Positions 54,924 through 64,000 of a DNA stretch of 64,000 nt are shown here, piece after piece (position 1 is the first letter of the stretch; each line of letters starts with the position of its first letter). Below the pieces are notes generated by a model, which made no database searches, had not been told where the DNA came from, and saw only the letters and a list, made by a program, of their open reading frames with translations. The position numbers and the translations under genes were made by a program. The DNA is from an uncultured Bacteroides sp. (lineage in GTDB: Bacteria; Bacteroidota; Bacteroidia; Bacteroidales; Bacteroidaceae): assembly GCA_965140335.1 (NCBI GenBank), contig OZ223189.1:1380000-1443999 (forward strand), in the 5' to 3' direction.

Positions 54924-57900
54924 ATGACGATAAGGTTAAATAAAGTAACAAGAGATTTGAATGTAGGAATATCAACTGTAGTTGAGTTTTTGCAAAAGAA
55001 AGGTTTTGTCGTTGAAACAAACCCTAATACAAAGATTTCTGAAGAGCAGTATGCTTTGCTTGTCAAGGAATTCAGTACAGATAAAAACCTTAGACTTGAA
55101 TCGGAGCGTTTTATTCAGGAACGTCAGAACAAAGATCGGAACAAGGCATCGGTTGCTATTGATGGATATAAATCTGATGATAAGGAGGCCATGAAGTCTG
55201 ATGATGTCATAAAGACGGTTGTTCCGGAAGAAGCTCGTCCGAAGTTTAAACCTGTCGGAAAGATAGATTTGGATAAATTGAACCGAAAACCGATCATTGA
55301 GAGAGTGGAAGTAAAAGAAGAAGAGAAGAAACCAGTAGAATTAGCTATGGAGGCAGTGAAGGAAGAGCCTGTGTCTTCTCCGGCTGTTGAAGAAAAGAAG
55401 GAACCAATAACTCCGGTACCAACTCGTGAATCTGCTATGGCTTCAGTTCCTGAACCGTCTCTGGAAAAGGCTCCGATTGTAGTGGAGGCAGTGGAGGAAA
55501 AGGTTGAACCAGTTGTGAGTAAAAAGGAAGAGAAGCCTGCTCAACCAGTGAAAGAAAAAGAATTGAAGGAATTTGAAGAACCTGTTGTTGAGCAAGAAAA
55601 GAAAGTAGTTCCTGTTAAGACAGATGTTGAAAGCTCAGAGAAAAGTAGGGATAAAGATGAAATCTTTACTCTTCATAAAACAGAGTTTGTTTCTAAAATC
55701 AATATAATAGGCCAGATCGATTTAGCGACATTGAATCAGTCTACCCGCCCAAAGAAGAAAACAAAAGAAGAAAAGCGTAAGGAACGTGAGGAAAAAGAGA
55801 AACTTCGACAAGATCAGAAGAAGCAAATCAAAGATGCTATCATTAAGGAAATACGTGGGGTAGACGCTAATAAACCGAAAGAGAGTAAAGATAAGGACCA
55901 TGATAATAGCGTTAAGAAGAAACGGAATCGGATTAATAAAGAGAAGGTAGACATTAATAATGCATCTAACTTTCAACGTGGAGAGAATGCCCCCAAACCA
56001 GTTAGTCAGCAGAATAATAACAATAACCGTAATAGAAATCGTGACCGCTTCAAAAAACCTGTAATTAAGCAGGAGGTAAAGGAAGAAGATGTAGCCAAAC
56101 AGGTAAAAGAAACATTAGCTCGTCTTACATCCAAAGGAAAGAATAAAACGGCCAAATATCGTAGAGAGAAAAGAGATACTGCTTCCAACCGTATTCATGA
56201 GATAGAAAATCAGGAGATGGCAAAGAGCAGAATACTTAAGTTGACAGAGTTTGTGACTGCAAATGAGTTGGCTAGTATGATGAATGTTTCTGTTAATCAG
56301 GTTATCGCAACATGTATGAGCGTTGGAATGATGGTTTCTATCAATCAGCGCCTGGATGCTGAAACTATTAATCTTGTTGCTGAAGAATTTGGATTTAAGA
56401 CAGAATATGTTAGTGCTGATGTGACACAGGCTGTTGTTGAAGAAGAAGATATCGAGGCGGATTTGCAACCTCGTGCCCCCATTGTCACGGTAATGGGTCA
56501 TGTTGACCATGGAAAGACTTCTCTGCTTGACCATATTCGCAAGGCGAATGTTATTGCCGGTGAGGCTGGTGGTATAACGCAGCATATTGGTGCTTATAAT
56601 GTGAAACTGGAAGACGGGCGTAGAATTACGTTCCTTGATACACCGGGACATGAAGCATTTACGGCTATGCGTGCACGTGGTGCTAAGGTGACGGATGTTG
56701 TCATTATAATCGTAGCGGCCGATGATAATGTGATGCCTCAGACAAAGGAGGCTATTAATCATGCGATGGCTGCTGGTGTTCCTATTGTTTTCGCAATTAA
56801 TAAAATAGATAAACCGGGTGCAAATCCTGATAAAATAAAGGAAGAACTGGCCGGTATGAACTTTCTTATTGAAGAATGGGGAGGAAAATACCAATCTCAA
56901 GATATTTCCGCAAAAAAAGGAATTGGAGTACATGAATTGCTCGAGAAAGTTTTACTTGAAGCGGAAATGCTTGATTTAAGAGCCAATCCTAATCGTAAGG
57001 CTACCGGCTCTATTATAGAATCATCTTTGGATAAAGGTAGGGGCTATGTTGCAACAATGCTGATATCCAACGGAACTCTCCGTGTGGGTGACATTGTGCT
57101 GGCAGGTACTTCTTATGGTAAGGTAAAAGCCATGTTTAATGAGCGCAACCAGCGATTAGATCAAGCGGGTCCTTCTGAACCTGTTCTTATTCTAGGCTTG
57201 GATGGAGCTCCTGCAGCCGGAGATACTTTCCATGTGATTGATACGGAGCAAGAGGCCCGTGAAATTGCAAATAGGCGTGAACAATTACAACGTGAACAAG
57301 GATTACGTACCCAGAAAATGTTGACTCTTGATGAGGTTGGACGCCGTTTGGCTTTAGGTGACTTCCACGAGTTGAATATAATCGTTAAAGGTGATGTGGA
57401 TGGTTCTGTTGAGGCATTAAGTGATTCGTTGATTAAATTGTCGACGGAGCAAGTTCAGGTCAATGTTATTCATAAGGGAGTTGGACAGATTTCAGAATCG
57501 GATGTTTCGTTAGCTGCCGCATCCGATGCTATTATTATAGGCTTCCAAGTACGACCTTCGGGTGCAGCTGCTAGAGTAGCAGAGCAGGAAGGTGTGGATA
57601 TCCGTAAGTATTCAGTGATTTATGATGCCATTGAGGAAGTGAAATCCGCCATGGAAGGCATGTTGGCACCGGAAATAAAGGAACAAGTTACGGCTACAAT
57701 TGAAGTGCGTGAAGTCTTTAATATTACAAAAGTTGGACTTGTTGCAGGTGCGATGGTGAAGACCGGTAAGGTGAAACGTTCGGATAAGGCTCGCCTGATC
57801 CGTGATGGTATCGTTGTCTTTACAGGTAATATAAATGCTTTGAAGCGCTTTAAAGATGATGTGAAAGACGTAGGTACTAACTTTGAATGTGGTATCAGTT

Positions 57901-57977
57901 TGACAAATTGTAACGATATTCAAGTCGGTGACATGATTGAGTCTTATGAGGAAGTGACAGTAAAGCAAACGTTATAA
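54924..57977 (+). CDS. infB: Translation initiation factor IF-2
   Basis: G domain '[12 protein letters not shown]', 'DTPGH' and 'NKID'. Long K/E/P-rich N-terminal extension. Confidence 0.97.
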   Translation: MTIRLNKVTRDLNVGISTVVEFLQKKGFVVETNPNTKISEEQYALLVKEFSTDKNLRLESERFIQERQNKDRNKASVAIDGYKSDDKEAMKSDDVIKTVVPEEARPKFKPVGKIDLDKLNRKPIIERVEVKEEEKKPVELAMEAVKEEPVSSPAVEEKKEPITPVPTRESAMASVPEPSLEKAPIVVEAVEEKVEPVVSKKEEKPAQPVKEKELKEFEEPVVEQEKKVVPVKTDVESSEKSRDKDEIFTLHKTEFVSKINIIGQIDLATLNQSTRPKKKTKEEKRKEREEKEKLRQDQKKQIKDAIIKEIRGVDANKPKESKDKDHDNSVKKKRNRINKEKVDINNASNFQRGENAPKPVSQQNNNNNRNRNRDRFKKPVIKQEVKEEDVAKQVKETLARLTSKGKNKTAKYRREKRDTASNRIHEIENQEMAKSRILKLTEFVTANELASMMNVSVNQVIATCMSVGMMVSINQRLDAETINLVAEEFGFKTEYVSADVTQAVVEEEDIEADLQPRAPIVTVMGHVDHGKTSLLDHIRKANVIAGEAGGITQHIGAYNVKLEDGRRITFLDTPGHEAFTAMRARGAKVTDVVIIIVAADDNVMPQTKEAINHAMAAGVPIVFAINKIDKPGANPDKIKEELAGMNFLIEEWGGKYQSQDISAKKGIGVHELLEKVLLEAEMLDLRANPNRKATGSIIESSLDKGRGYVATMLISNGTLRVGDIVLAGTSYGKVKAMFNERNQRLDQAGPSEPVLILGLDGAPAAGDTFHVIDTEQEAREIANRREQLQREQGLRTQKMLTLDEVGRRLALGDFHELNIIVKGDVDGSVEALSDSLIKLSTEQVQVNVIHKGVGQISESDVSLAAASDAIIIGFQVRPSGAAARVAEQEGVDIRKYSVIYDAIEEVKSAMEGMLAPEIKEQVTATIEVREVFNITKVGLVAGAMVKTGKVKRSDKARLIRDGIVVFTGNINALKRFKDDVKDVGTNFECGISLTNCNDIQVGDMIESYEEVTVKQTL

Positions 57978-58102
57978 AAAGATAAGCTGGTAATTGTAAC
58001 TTAACAATTATCAATGATAAGGAAATATTGGCAGTTGATAGTTGATGTTTGATAATGAGTTAATTGTCAAGAGTCAACTATTAATTGCTTTTTTATATTA
58101 TT

Positions 58103-58609
58103 ATGACATCCATAGATATTATTATTTTAATTGTTATTGCTATAGGAGGTCTTGTCGGACTGATGAAGGGCTTTATTAAACAGTTGGCTTCCACTCTGGG
58201 GTTAATTGTTGGCTTATTAGTGGCTAAAGCTTTGTACACCTCTTTGGCAGAAAGGCTATGCCCCACTATCACTCATTCTATGACTGTAGCTCAGATTCTC
58301 TCATTTGTTGTTATTTGGATTGCAGTTCCTTTACTTTTCACCATAGTTGCTTCATTGCTTACTAAATTGATGGAAGCTGTTTCTTTAGGTTGGGTGAATC
58401 GGATTATGGGGGTACTTCTCGGAGCCTTTAAATACCTCCTACTGTTAAGTTTACTGATCTGTATTACAGAATTCTTTGATTCAGATAATGCGATCATCAG
58501 TAAAACAAAGAAGGATGAATCAGTGTTATATTATCCTATAAAGAGTTTGGCTGGACTCTTTTTTCCGGCTGCGAAACATATTTCAGAACAATATATACTT
58601 AATAAATAA
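58103..58609 (+). CDS. cvpA: CvpA-family membrane protein
   Basis: Four TM segments and a CvpA-like N-terminus '[24 protein letters not shown]'. The stop overlaps the sufB ATG (TAATG). Confidence 0.8.
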   Translation: MTSIDIIILIVIAIGGLVGLMKGFIKQLASTLGLIVGLLVAKALYTSLAERLCPTITHSMTVAQILSFVVIWIAVPLLFTIVASLLTKLMEAVSLGWVNRIMGVLLGAFKYLLLLSLLICITEFFDSDNAIISKTKKDESVLYYPIKSLAGLFFPAAKHISEQYILNK

Positions 58610-60063
58610 TGCAACTAGAAGAACCTAATAAATATGTAAAAGAACTTACGCAGGAGAAATATAAGTATGGATTTACAACGGATGTGAATACGGAAATCAT
58701 TGAGCGCGGACTTAATGAGGATGTTGTACGACTTATTTCTGCTAAGAAGAATGAGCCCGAATGGCTTCTGGAATTTCGCTTGAACGCCTACCGGCATTGG
58801 TTAACAATGGAGATGCCTACGTGGGCTCATCTCCGTATTCCTGAAATAGATTATCAGGCGATTTCTTACTATGCTGATCCTACTCAGAAGAAAGAGGGCC
58901 CCAAGAGCCTAGATGAGGTGGACCCTGAACTGATAAATACTTTTAATAAACTGGGTATTCCATTGGAGGAACAAATGGCCTTAAGTGGTATGGCAGTGGA
59001 TGCTGTTATGGATTCCGTTTCTGTCAAAACGACTTTTAAAGAGTCTTTGATGGAGAAAGGGATTATTTTTTGTTCTATAAGTGAAGCGGTTCGAGAACAT
59101 CCTGATTTGGTACAAAAATATCTTGGCTCTGTAGTAGGGTATCGGGATAACTTCTTCGCGTCACTTAACTCTGCTGTATTCTCTGATGGTTCGTTTGTGT
59201 ATATTCCGAAAGGTGTCCGATGCCCTATGGAGCTTTCTACTTATTTCCGTATAAATGCACGGAACACCGGACAGTTTGAACGGACCTTGATTGTGGCGGA
59301 TGATGATTCGTATGTCTCCTATCTGGAAGGTTGTACTGCCCCTATGCGCGATGAGAATCAGCTCCATGCCGCGATAGTAGAAATTGTGGTACACGATCGT
59401 GCCGAAGTAAAATATAGCACGGTGCAGAATTGGTATCCCGGTGATGCTCAGGGTAAAGGTGGTGTGTATAATTTTGTAACGAAGCGTGGTAATTGCAAAG
59501 GGGTGAATAGTAAACTTTCATGGACTCAGGTGGAAACAGGTTCCGCTATTACTTGGAAATATCCTTCTTGCATTCTTACCGGAGATAACTCTTCTGCTGA
59601 ATTCTATAGTGTTGCGGTGACTAACAACTACCAGCAGGCAGATACGGGAACTAAAATGATTCATCTTGGCAAAAACACAAGTAGTACTATTGTTAGTAAG
59701 GGGATTTCTGCTGGGCATAGCGAAAACTCCTATCGGGGATTGGTACGTGTGGCGGGCAAATCTGAAAATGCTCGCAATTATAGCCAATGCGACTCTTTGT
59801 TACTGGGCGATAAATGTGGTGCTCATACATTCCCTTATATGGATATTCATAATGAGACCGCTGTTGTGGAGCATGAAGCTACCACTAGTAAAATTAATGA
59901 AGATCAGATATTCTATTGTAATCAGCGTGGTATTTCCACTGAGGACGCTGTCGGGCTGATTGTTAATGGATATGCCAAAGAAGTTTTGAATAAGCTTCCT
60001 ATGGAATTTGCAGTAGAGGCGCAGAAATTATTGACGATCTCGCTGGAAGGAAGTGTAGGTTAG
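58609..60063 (+). CDS. sufB: Fe-S cluster assembly protein SufB
   Basis: 484 aa, typical SufB sequence ('YKYGF', '[13 protein letters not shown]', 'EHEATTSKI'). Confidence 0.96.
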   Translation: MQLEEPNKYVKELTQEKYKYGFTTDVNTEIIERGLNEDVVRLISAKKNEPEWLLEFRLNAYRHWLTMEMPTWAHLRIPEIDYQAISYYADPTQKKEGPKSLDEVDPELINTFNKLGIPLEEQMALSGMAVDAVMDSVSVKTTFKESLMEKGIIFCSISEAVREHPDLVQKYLGSVVGYRDNFFASLNSAVFSDGSFVYIPKGVRCPMELSTYFRINARNTGQFERTLIVADDDSYVSYLEGCTAPMRDENQLHAAIVEIVVHDRAEVKYSTVQNWYPGDAQGKGGVYNFVTKRGNCKGVNSKLSWTQVETGSAITWKYPSCILTGDNSSAEFYSVAVTNNYQQADTGTKMIHLGKNTSSTIVSKGISAGHSENSYRGLVRVAGKSENARNYSQCDSLLLGDKCGAHTFPYMDIHNETAVVEHEATTSKINEDQIFYCNQRGISTEDAVGLIVNGYAKEVLNKLPMEFAVEAQKLLTISLEGSVG

Positions 60064-60171
60064 TAACTTCTCGGTTACCAGATGATATGTGAAACTACTT
60101 CTGGAGAAATCGGAGCATTGTTACTTAACTAAAAAATAATGATTAATCGTTTGTAATTTGTATAGAATAAA

Positions 60172-60924
60172 ATGTTAGAGATAAAAGACTTACATGCCAG
60201 TGTAAATGGCAAAGAGATATTGAAAGGGATAAACCTGACTGTAAAGCCGGGAGAAATACATGCTATTATGGGACCGAATGGTTCTGGAAAAAGTACTTTG
60301 TCTGCTATTTTAGTAGGTAATCCTGCTTATGAGGTAACCAAAGGAAGTGTCTCTTTCTATGGCAAAGATCTGTTGGAACTTTCACCTGAGGATCGAAGCC
60401 ACGAAGGAATCTTTTTAAGTTTTCAATATCCGGTGGAGATACCTGGGGTGAGTATGGTGAACTTCATGCGTGCAGCTGTTAATGAACGGCGCAAATATAA
60501 GGGTTTGCCAGCTTTGACCGCCAGTGAGTTTTTAAAGCTTATGCGTGAGAAACGTGCAGTTGTTGAATTGGACAATAAATTAGCCAATCGTTCTGTCAAT
60601 GAGGGGTTTTCCGGAGGTGAAAAGAAGCGGAATGAGATTTTCCAGATGGCGATGTTGGAACCGGCCTTAAGTATTCTTGACGAGACTGATTCAGGTTTGG
60701 ATATTGATGCATTGCGTATTGTGGCTGAAGGAGTTAATAAGTTGAAGACTCCTGATAACAGTTGTATCGTTATTACCCATTATCAACGTTTGCTGGATTA
60801 TGTCAAACCTGATATTGTGCATGTATTATATCAAGGTCGTATCGTAAAGACTGCCGGTCCTGAGTTAGCTTTAGAACTGGAAGAAAAAGGATATGACTGG
60901 ATTAAGAAAGAGTTAGGAGAATAA
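60172..60924 (+). CDS. sufC: Fe-S cluster assembly ATPase SufC
   Basis: Walker A 'GPNGSGKST', '[11 protein letters not shown]' and '[10 protein letters not shown]'. Confidence 0.96.
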   Translation: MLEIKDLHASVNGKEILKGINLTVKPGEIHAIMGPNGSGKSTLSAILVGNPAYEVTKGSVSFYGKDLLELSPEDRSHEGIFLSFQYPVEIPGVSMVNFMRAAVNERRKYKGLPALTASEFLKLMREKRAVVELDNKLANRSVNEGFSGGEKKRNEIFQMAMLEPALSILDETDSGLDIDALRIVAEGVNKLKTPDNSCIVITHYQRLLDYVKPDIVHVLYQGRIVKTAGPELALELEEKGYDWIKKELGE

Positions 60925-60927
60925 ATT

Positions 60928-62271
60928 ATGAAGGTAGAACAGCAATATATTGACCTTTTCTTGCAAACTGAAGGGATGATATGCAGTCATAGTGCGGAAG
61001 CTCTAAATGTGCTACGTACGTCTGCATTTGCCGATTTCCGGAAGCTAGGATTCCCTACCCGTAAGCAGGAGAAATATAAATATACGGATATTAGTAAGCT
61101 CTTTGAGCCTGATTACGGATTGAACCTGAATCGTTTGGAGATTCCGGTAAACCCTTACGAAGTATTTAAGTGTGATGTACCCAACATGAGTACCTCTCTT
61201 TATTTTGTGGTAAATGACACTTTCTATAATAAAATTTTGCCTCAATCTCATTTGCCTGAAGGAGTGATCTTTGGTAGTTTGAAAGAAGTTGCACAGCAAC
61301 ATCCTGAATTGGTAGAAAAGTATTATGGAAAGTTGGCTGATACTTCGAAAGATGGAGTTACAGCTTTCAATACAACCTTTGCACAAGACGGGGTGGTCTT
61401 TTATGTTCCCAAGAATGTTGTTGTGGAGAGGCCTATACAATTGGTAAACATCTTGCGTGGTGATGTGGACTTTATGATGAACCGCCGGATATTAATTATC
61501 CTTGAGGAAGGGGCGCAAGCTTGTTTGCTGGTATGTGACCATGCCATGGATAATGTAAAGTTTCTTGCGACGCAAGTAACAGAAGTCTTTGTCGGCGAAA
61601 ATGCGTCATTTGACTTTTACGAATTGGAGGAGACCCATACTAAGACAGTACGCGTAAGCAGCTTGTATGTGAAGCAGGAAGCCAACAGTAATGTCTTGCT
61701 TAACGGGATGACTTTGCATAATGGGGTTACTCGCAATAGCACGGAAGTTTTGCTTGCCGGTGAAGGCGCGGAACTGAATCTCTGCGGGATGGCCATTGCT
61801 GATAAAAACCAGCATGTGGACAATAATACAAGCATAGATCATGCTGTGCCTAACTGCACTAGTAATGAGCTGTTTAAGTACGTTCTTGATGATCAATCAG
61901 TGGGAGCGTTTGCTGGTTTGGTTTTGGTTCGTCCGGATGCTCAGCATACCAGTTCCCAGCAGACCAATCGCAACCTTTGCGCCACTCGTGATGCGCGGAT
62001 GTATACACAGCCGCAGCTAGAAATTTATGCGGATGATGTGAAGTGTAGTCACGGGGCTACCGTAGGGGAGTTAGATGAGAATGCTTTGTTCTATATGAGA
62101 CAACGCGGCATTCCTCTGAATGAGGCTCGTCTGCTTTTAATGTTTGCTTTTGTAAATGAGGTAATTGATACGATCCGTTTGGACGCATTGAAAGACCGTT
62201 TGCATCTGCTGGTTGAGAAGCGTTTTCGTGGTGAGCTGAATAAATGTGAAGGATGCGCCATCTGTAAATAG
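60928..62271 (+). CDS. sufD: Fe-S cluster assembly protein SufD
   Basis: 447 aa, SufB/D beta-helix family, located between sufC and sufS. Confidence 0.92.
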   Translation: MKVEQQYIDLFLQTEGMICSHSAEALNVLRTSAFADFRKLGFPTRKQEKYKYTDISKLFEPDYGLNLNRLEIPVNPYEVFKCDVPNMSTSLYFVVNDTFYNKILPQSHLPEGVIFGSLKEVAQQHPELVEKYYGKLADTSKDGVTAFNTTFAQDGVVFYVPKNVVVERPIQLVNILRGDVDFMMNRRILIILEEGAQACLLVCDHAMDNVKFLATQVTEVFVGENASFDFYELEETHTKTVRVSSLYVKQEANSNVLLNGMTLHNGVTRNSTEVLLAGEGAELNLCGMAIADKNQHVDNNTSIDHAVPNCTSNELFKYVLDDQSVGAFAGLVLVRPDAQHTSSQQTNRNLCATRDARMYTQPQLEIYADDVKCSHGATVGELDENALFYMRQRGIPLNEARLLLMFAFVNEVIDTIRLDALKDRLHLLVEKRFRGELNKCEGCAICK

Positions 62272-62339
62272 AATACGAATGATTAGCTGATTATGGACGA
62301 TTGGTTAATCATTGGCATTTGTTTTGATTCTGAAAAATC

Positions 62340-63551
62340 ATGGATATACAAAAAATACGGACTGATTTTCCGATACTTTCCCGATTGGTTTATGGAAAGC
62401 CTCTGGTTTACTTTGATAATGCGGCTACGACTCAAAAGCCTCGTTGCGTGGTGGATGCCATCACCGATGAATATTATTCGGTAAATGCCAATGTGCACCG
62501 CGGAGTGCATTTTTTGTCGCAACAGGCCACGGAGCTGCATGAAGCAAGCCGCGAAAGGGTACGGAAATTCATTAATGCAAAGTCTACCGCTGAAATTGTC
62601 TTTACACGTGGTACTACCGAAAGTATTAATCTTCTGGCATATAGTTTTGGCGAAGCGATGATGCATGCAGGAGATGAAGTAATTCTTTCTGCCATGGAGC
62701 ACCATAGTAATATTGTACCTTGGCAACTATTGGCTGAAAGAAAGGGCATTTCAATTAAGGTGATTCCGATGAATGATGAGGGAGAACTTTTATTGGATGA
62801 ATATGAAAAGCTTTTCACGGAAAGAACAAAGATCGTTAGCATCGTTCAAGTCTCTAACGTGTTGGGGACTATTAATCCCGCCAAGAAGATTGTTGAGATA
62901 GCCCATTCGCATGGAATTCCGTGCTTGTTGGATGCCGCGCAATCCATACCCCACATGACCGTTGATGTGCAGGATCTTGATGCGGACTTCCTTGTCTTTT
63001 CGGCCCATAAGGTATATGGGCCCACAGGAGTGGGAGTGCTTTATGGCAAGGAGACTTGGCTGGATAAGCTTCCTCCGTATCAGGGAGGTGGGGAGATGAT
63101 ACAGCATGTTTCCTTTGAGAAGACAACTTTCAACGAATTACCCTTCAAGTTTGAGGCGGGTACTCCCGACTATATCGGGACTACCGGACTGGCAAAGGCA
63201 TTGGACTATGTTTCTGCGCTTGGATTGGATGAGATTGCTGCTTATGAGCATGAGCTAACTGAATATGCGACTTGTCGTTTGAGAGAGATTCCCGGGATGC
63301 GCATTTTTGGCGAAGCACCCGATAAAGGAAGCGTTATCTCTTTTCTAGTAGGAGATATTCATCACTTTGACATGGGGACTTTGCTTGATCGTTTGGGAAT
63401 TGCCGTCCGCACCGGACATCATTGTGCGCAACCTCTAATGCAACGCTTGGGAGTGGAAGGTACCGTCAGGGCATCATTTAGTTTCTATAATACAAAAGAA
63501 GAAGTCGATATATTGGTGGCTGGTATTGAGCAGGTTAGCAAAATGTTTTAA
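62340..63551 (+). CDS. sufS: Cysteine desulfurase, SufS subfamily
   Basis: 'HHSNIVPWQ', PLP-lysine 'SAHKVYGPTG', and catalytic Cys 'RTGHHCAQP'. Confidence 0.95.
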   Translation: MDIQKIRTDFPILSRLVYGKPLVYFDNAATTQKPRCVVDAITDEYYSVNANVHRGVHFLSQQATELHEASRERVRKFINAKSTAEIVFTRGTTESINLLAYSFGEAMMHAGDEVILSAMEHHSNIVPWQLLAERKGISIKVIPMNDEGELLLDEYEKLFTERTKIVSIVQVSNVLGTINPAKKIVEIAHSHGIPCLLDAAQSIPHMTVDVQDLDADFLVFSAHKVYGPTGVGVLYGKETWLDKLPPYQGGGEMIQHVSFEKTTFNELPFKFEAGTPDYIGTTGLAKALDYVSALGLDEIAAYEHELTEYATCRLREIPGMRIFGEAPDKGSVISFLVGDIHHFDMGTLLDRLGIAVRTGHHCAQPLMQRLGVEGTVRASFSFYNTKEEVDILVAGIEQVSKMF

Positions 63552-63638
63552 ACTTTAGCAAAAAAACAGGTGCCTTCGTGCAACTTATTGTACCCTTTGT
63601 GCGTCTAATAAGTGCAAGTAACTTTAAAAGATAGAACT

Positions 63639-63959
63639 ATGTTAGTGACAACAACCTCTATTATTGAGGGTGGACACATCACCCGTTATTTCGGAATTGT
63701 TTCCGGTGAAACAATTATCGGTGCCAATGTTTTCCGTGATTTCTTTGCCAGCATCCGTGATGTTGTGGGCGGGCGTAGCGGCTCTTATGAGGAGGTGTTG
63801 CGTGAAGCCAAAGATATCGCTTTGCGCGAGATGCAGGAGCATGCTCAGGCTTTGGGTGCAAATGCAGTGATTGGTGTTGACTTGGATTACGAAACAGTTG
63901 GTGGCAGTGGTAGTATGCTGATGGTTACGGCATGCGGAACGGCAGTAACGGTGGAATAG
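63639..63959 (+). CDS. YbjQ/UPF0145-family protein
   Basis: 106 aa from the ATG at 63639. '[24 protein letters not shown]' is typical of the family. Confidence 0.8.
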   Translation: MLVTTTSIIEGGHITRYFGIVSGETIIGANVFRDFFASIRDVVGGRSGSYEEVLREAKDIALREMQEHAQALGANAVIGVDLDYETVGGSGSMLMVTACGTAVTVE

Positions 63960-64000
63960 TAAATCTTAACTTAAAACGGGAAAAGGTTGCCTTTTAAAGG

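Noticed and set aside
55100-56200. K/E/P-rich and N/R-rich ('[12 protein letters not shown]') low-complexity DNA in the infB 5' half
   Set aside because: It is continuous with the IF-2 reading frame. Variable charged N-terminal extensions are normal for IF-2, so this is not an insertion or a separate gene.
56115-56933. 272-aa antisense ORF inside infB
   Set aside because: It is fully embedded opposite the highly conserved IF-2 G domain. The predicted protein is low-complexity (I/N/F/R-rich) with no recognisable motif. Long antisense frames are expected from codon bias in AT-rich genomes.

Overview
The window reads as a core-chromosome segment of a Bacteroidales genome (Bacteroides/Phocaeicola-like). 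That call rests on gene content, on synteny (rimP-nusA-infB-cvpA-sufBCDS, fabF-acpP/purN, speA-argB, dapB-lepB), and on the Bacteroides -7 promoter motif TAnnTTTG found in front of many operons. I count about 58 apparently intact, tightly packed CDSs. I found no rRNA, tRNA, CRISPR array, transposase, integrase, phage gene or recognisable defence system.

Most content is housekeeping:
- Translation and transcription: cysS, rnc, rimP, nusA, infB, an ECF sigma factor.
- Fe-S assembly: sufBCDS.
- Lipid and envelope: fabF, acpP, an lpxA-like gene, msbA, lepB.
- Central and amino-acid metabolism: pfkA, uxuA, purN, pdxB, dapB, aroK, speA, argB.
- A tripartite RND efflux pump.

Two segments look accessory. 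One is 1.6-4.6 kb, where an orphan FemAB-family gene and a GNAT gene sit inside unusually long non-coding DNA. The other is 33.3-42.4 kb, a glycolipid/LOS-core-type locus.

I cannot point to a clear-cut new system. The best candidates for undescribed biology are:
1. A three-gene module at 33325-36160 (PLP enzyme, LicC-like cytidylyltransferase, TagF-like phosphotransferase), facing a LicD gene. It predicts a de novo CDP-amino-alcohol decoration pathway.
2. A signal-peptidase-I paralog in which both catalytic dyad residues are substituted.
3. An LpxA-family gene appended to the RND efflux operon.
4. A plant-GH3-like adenylating enzyme packed into an operon with cysS and a hotdog thioesterase.

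All functional calls come from motif and family recognition by eye. No database search was run.
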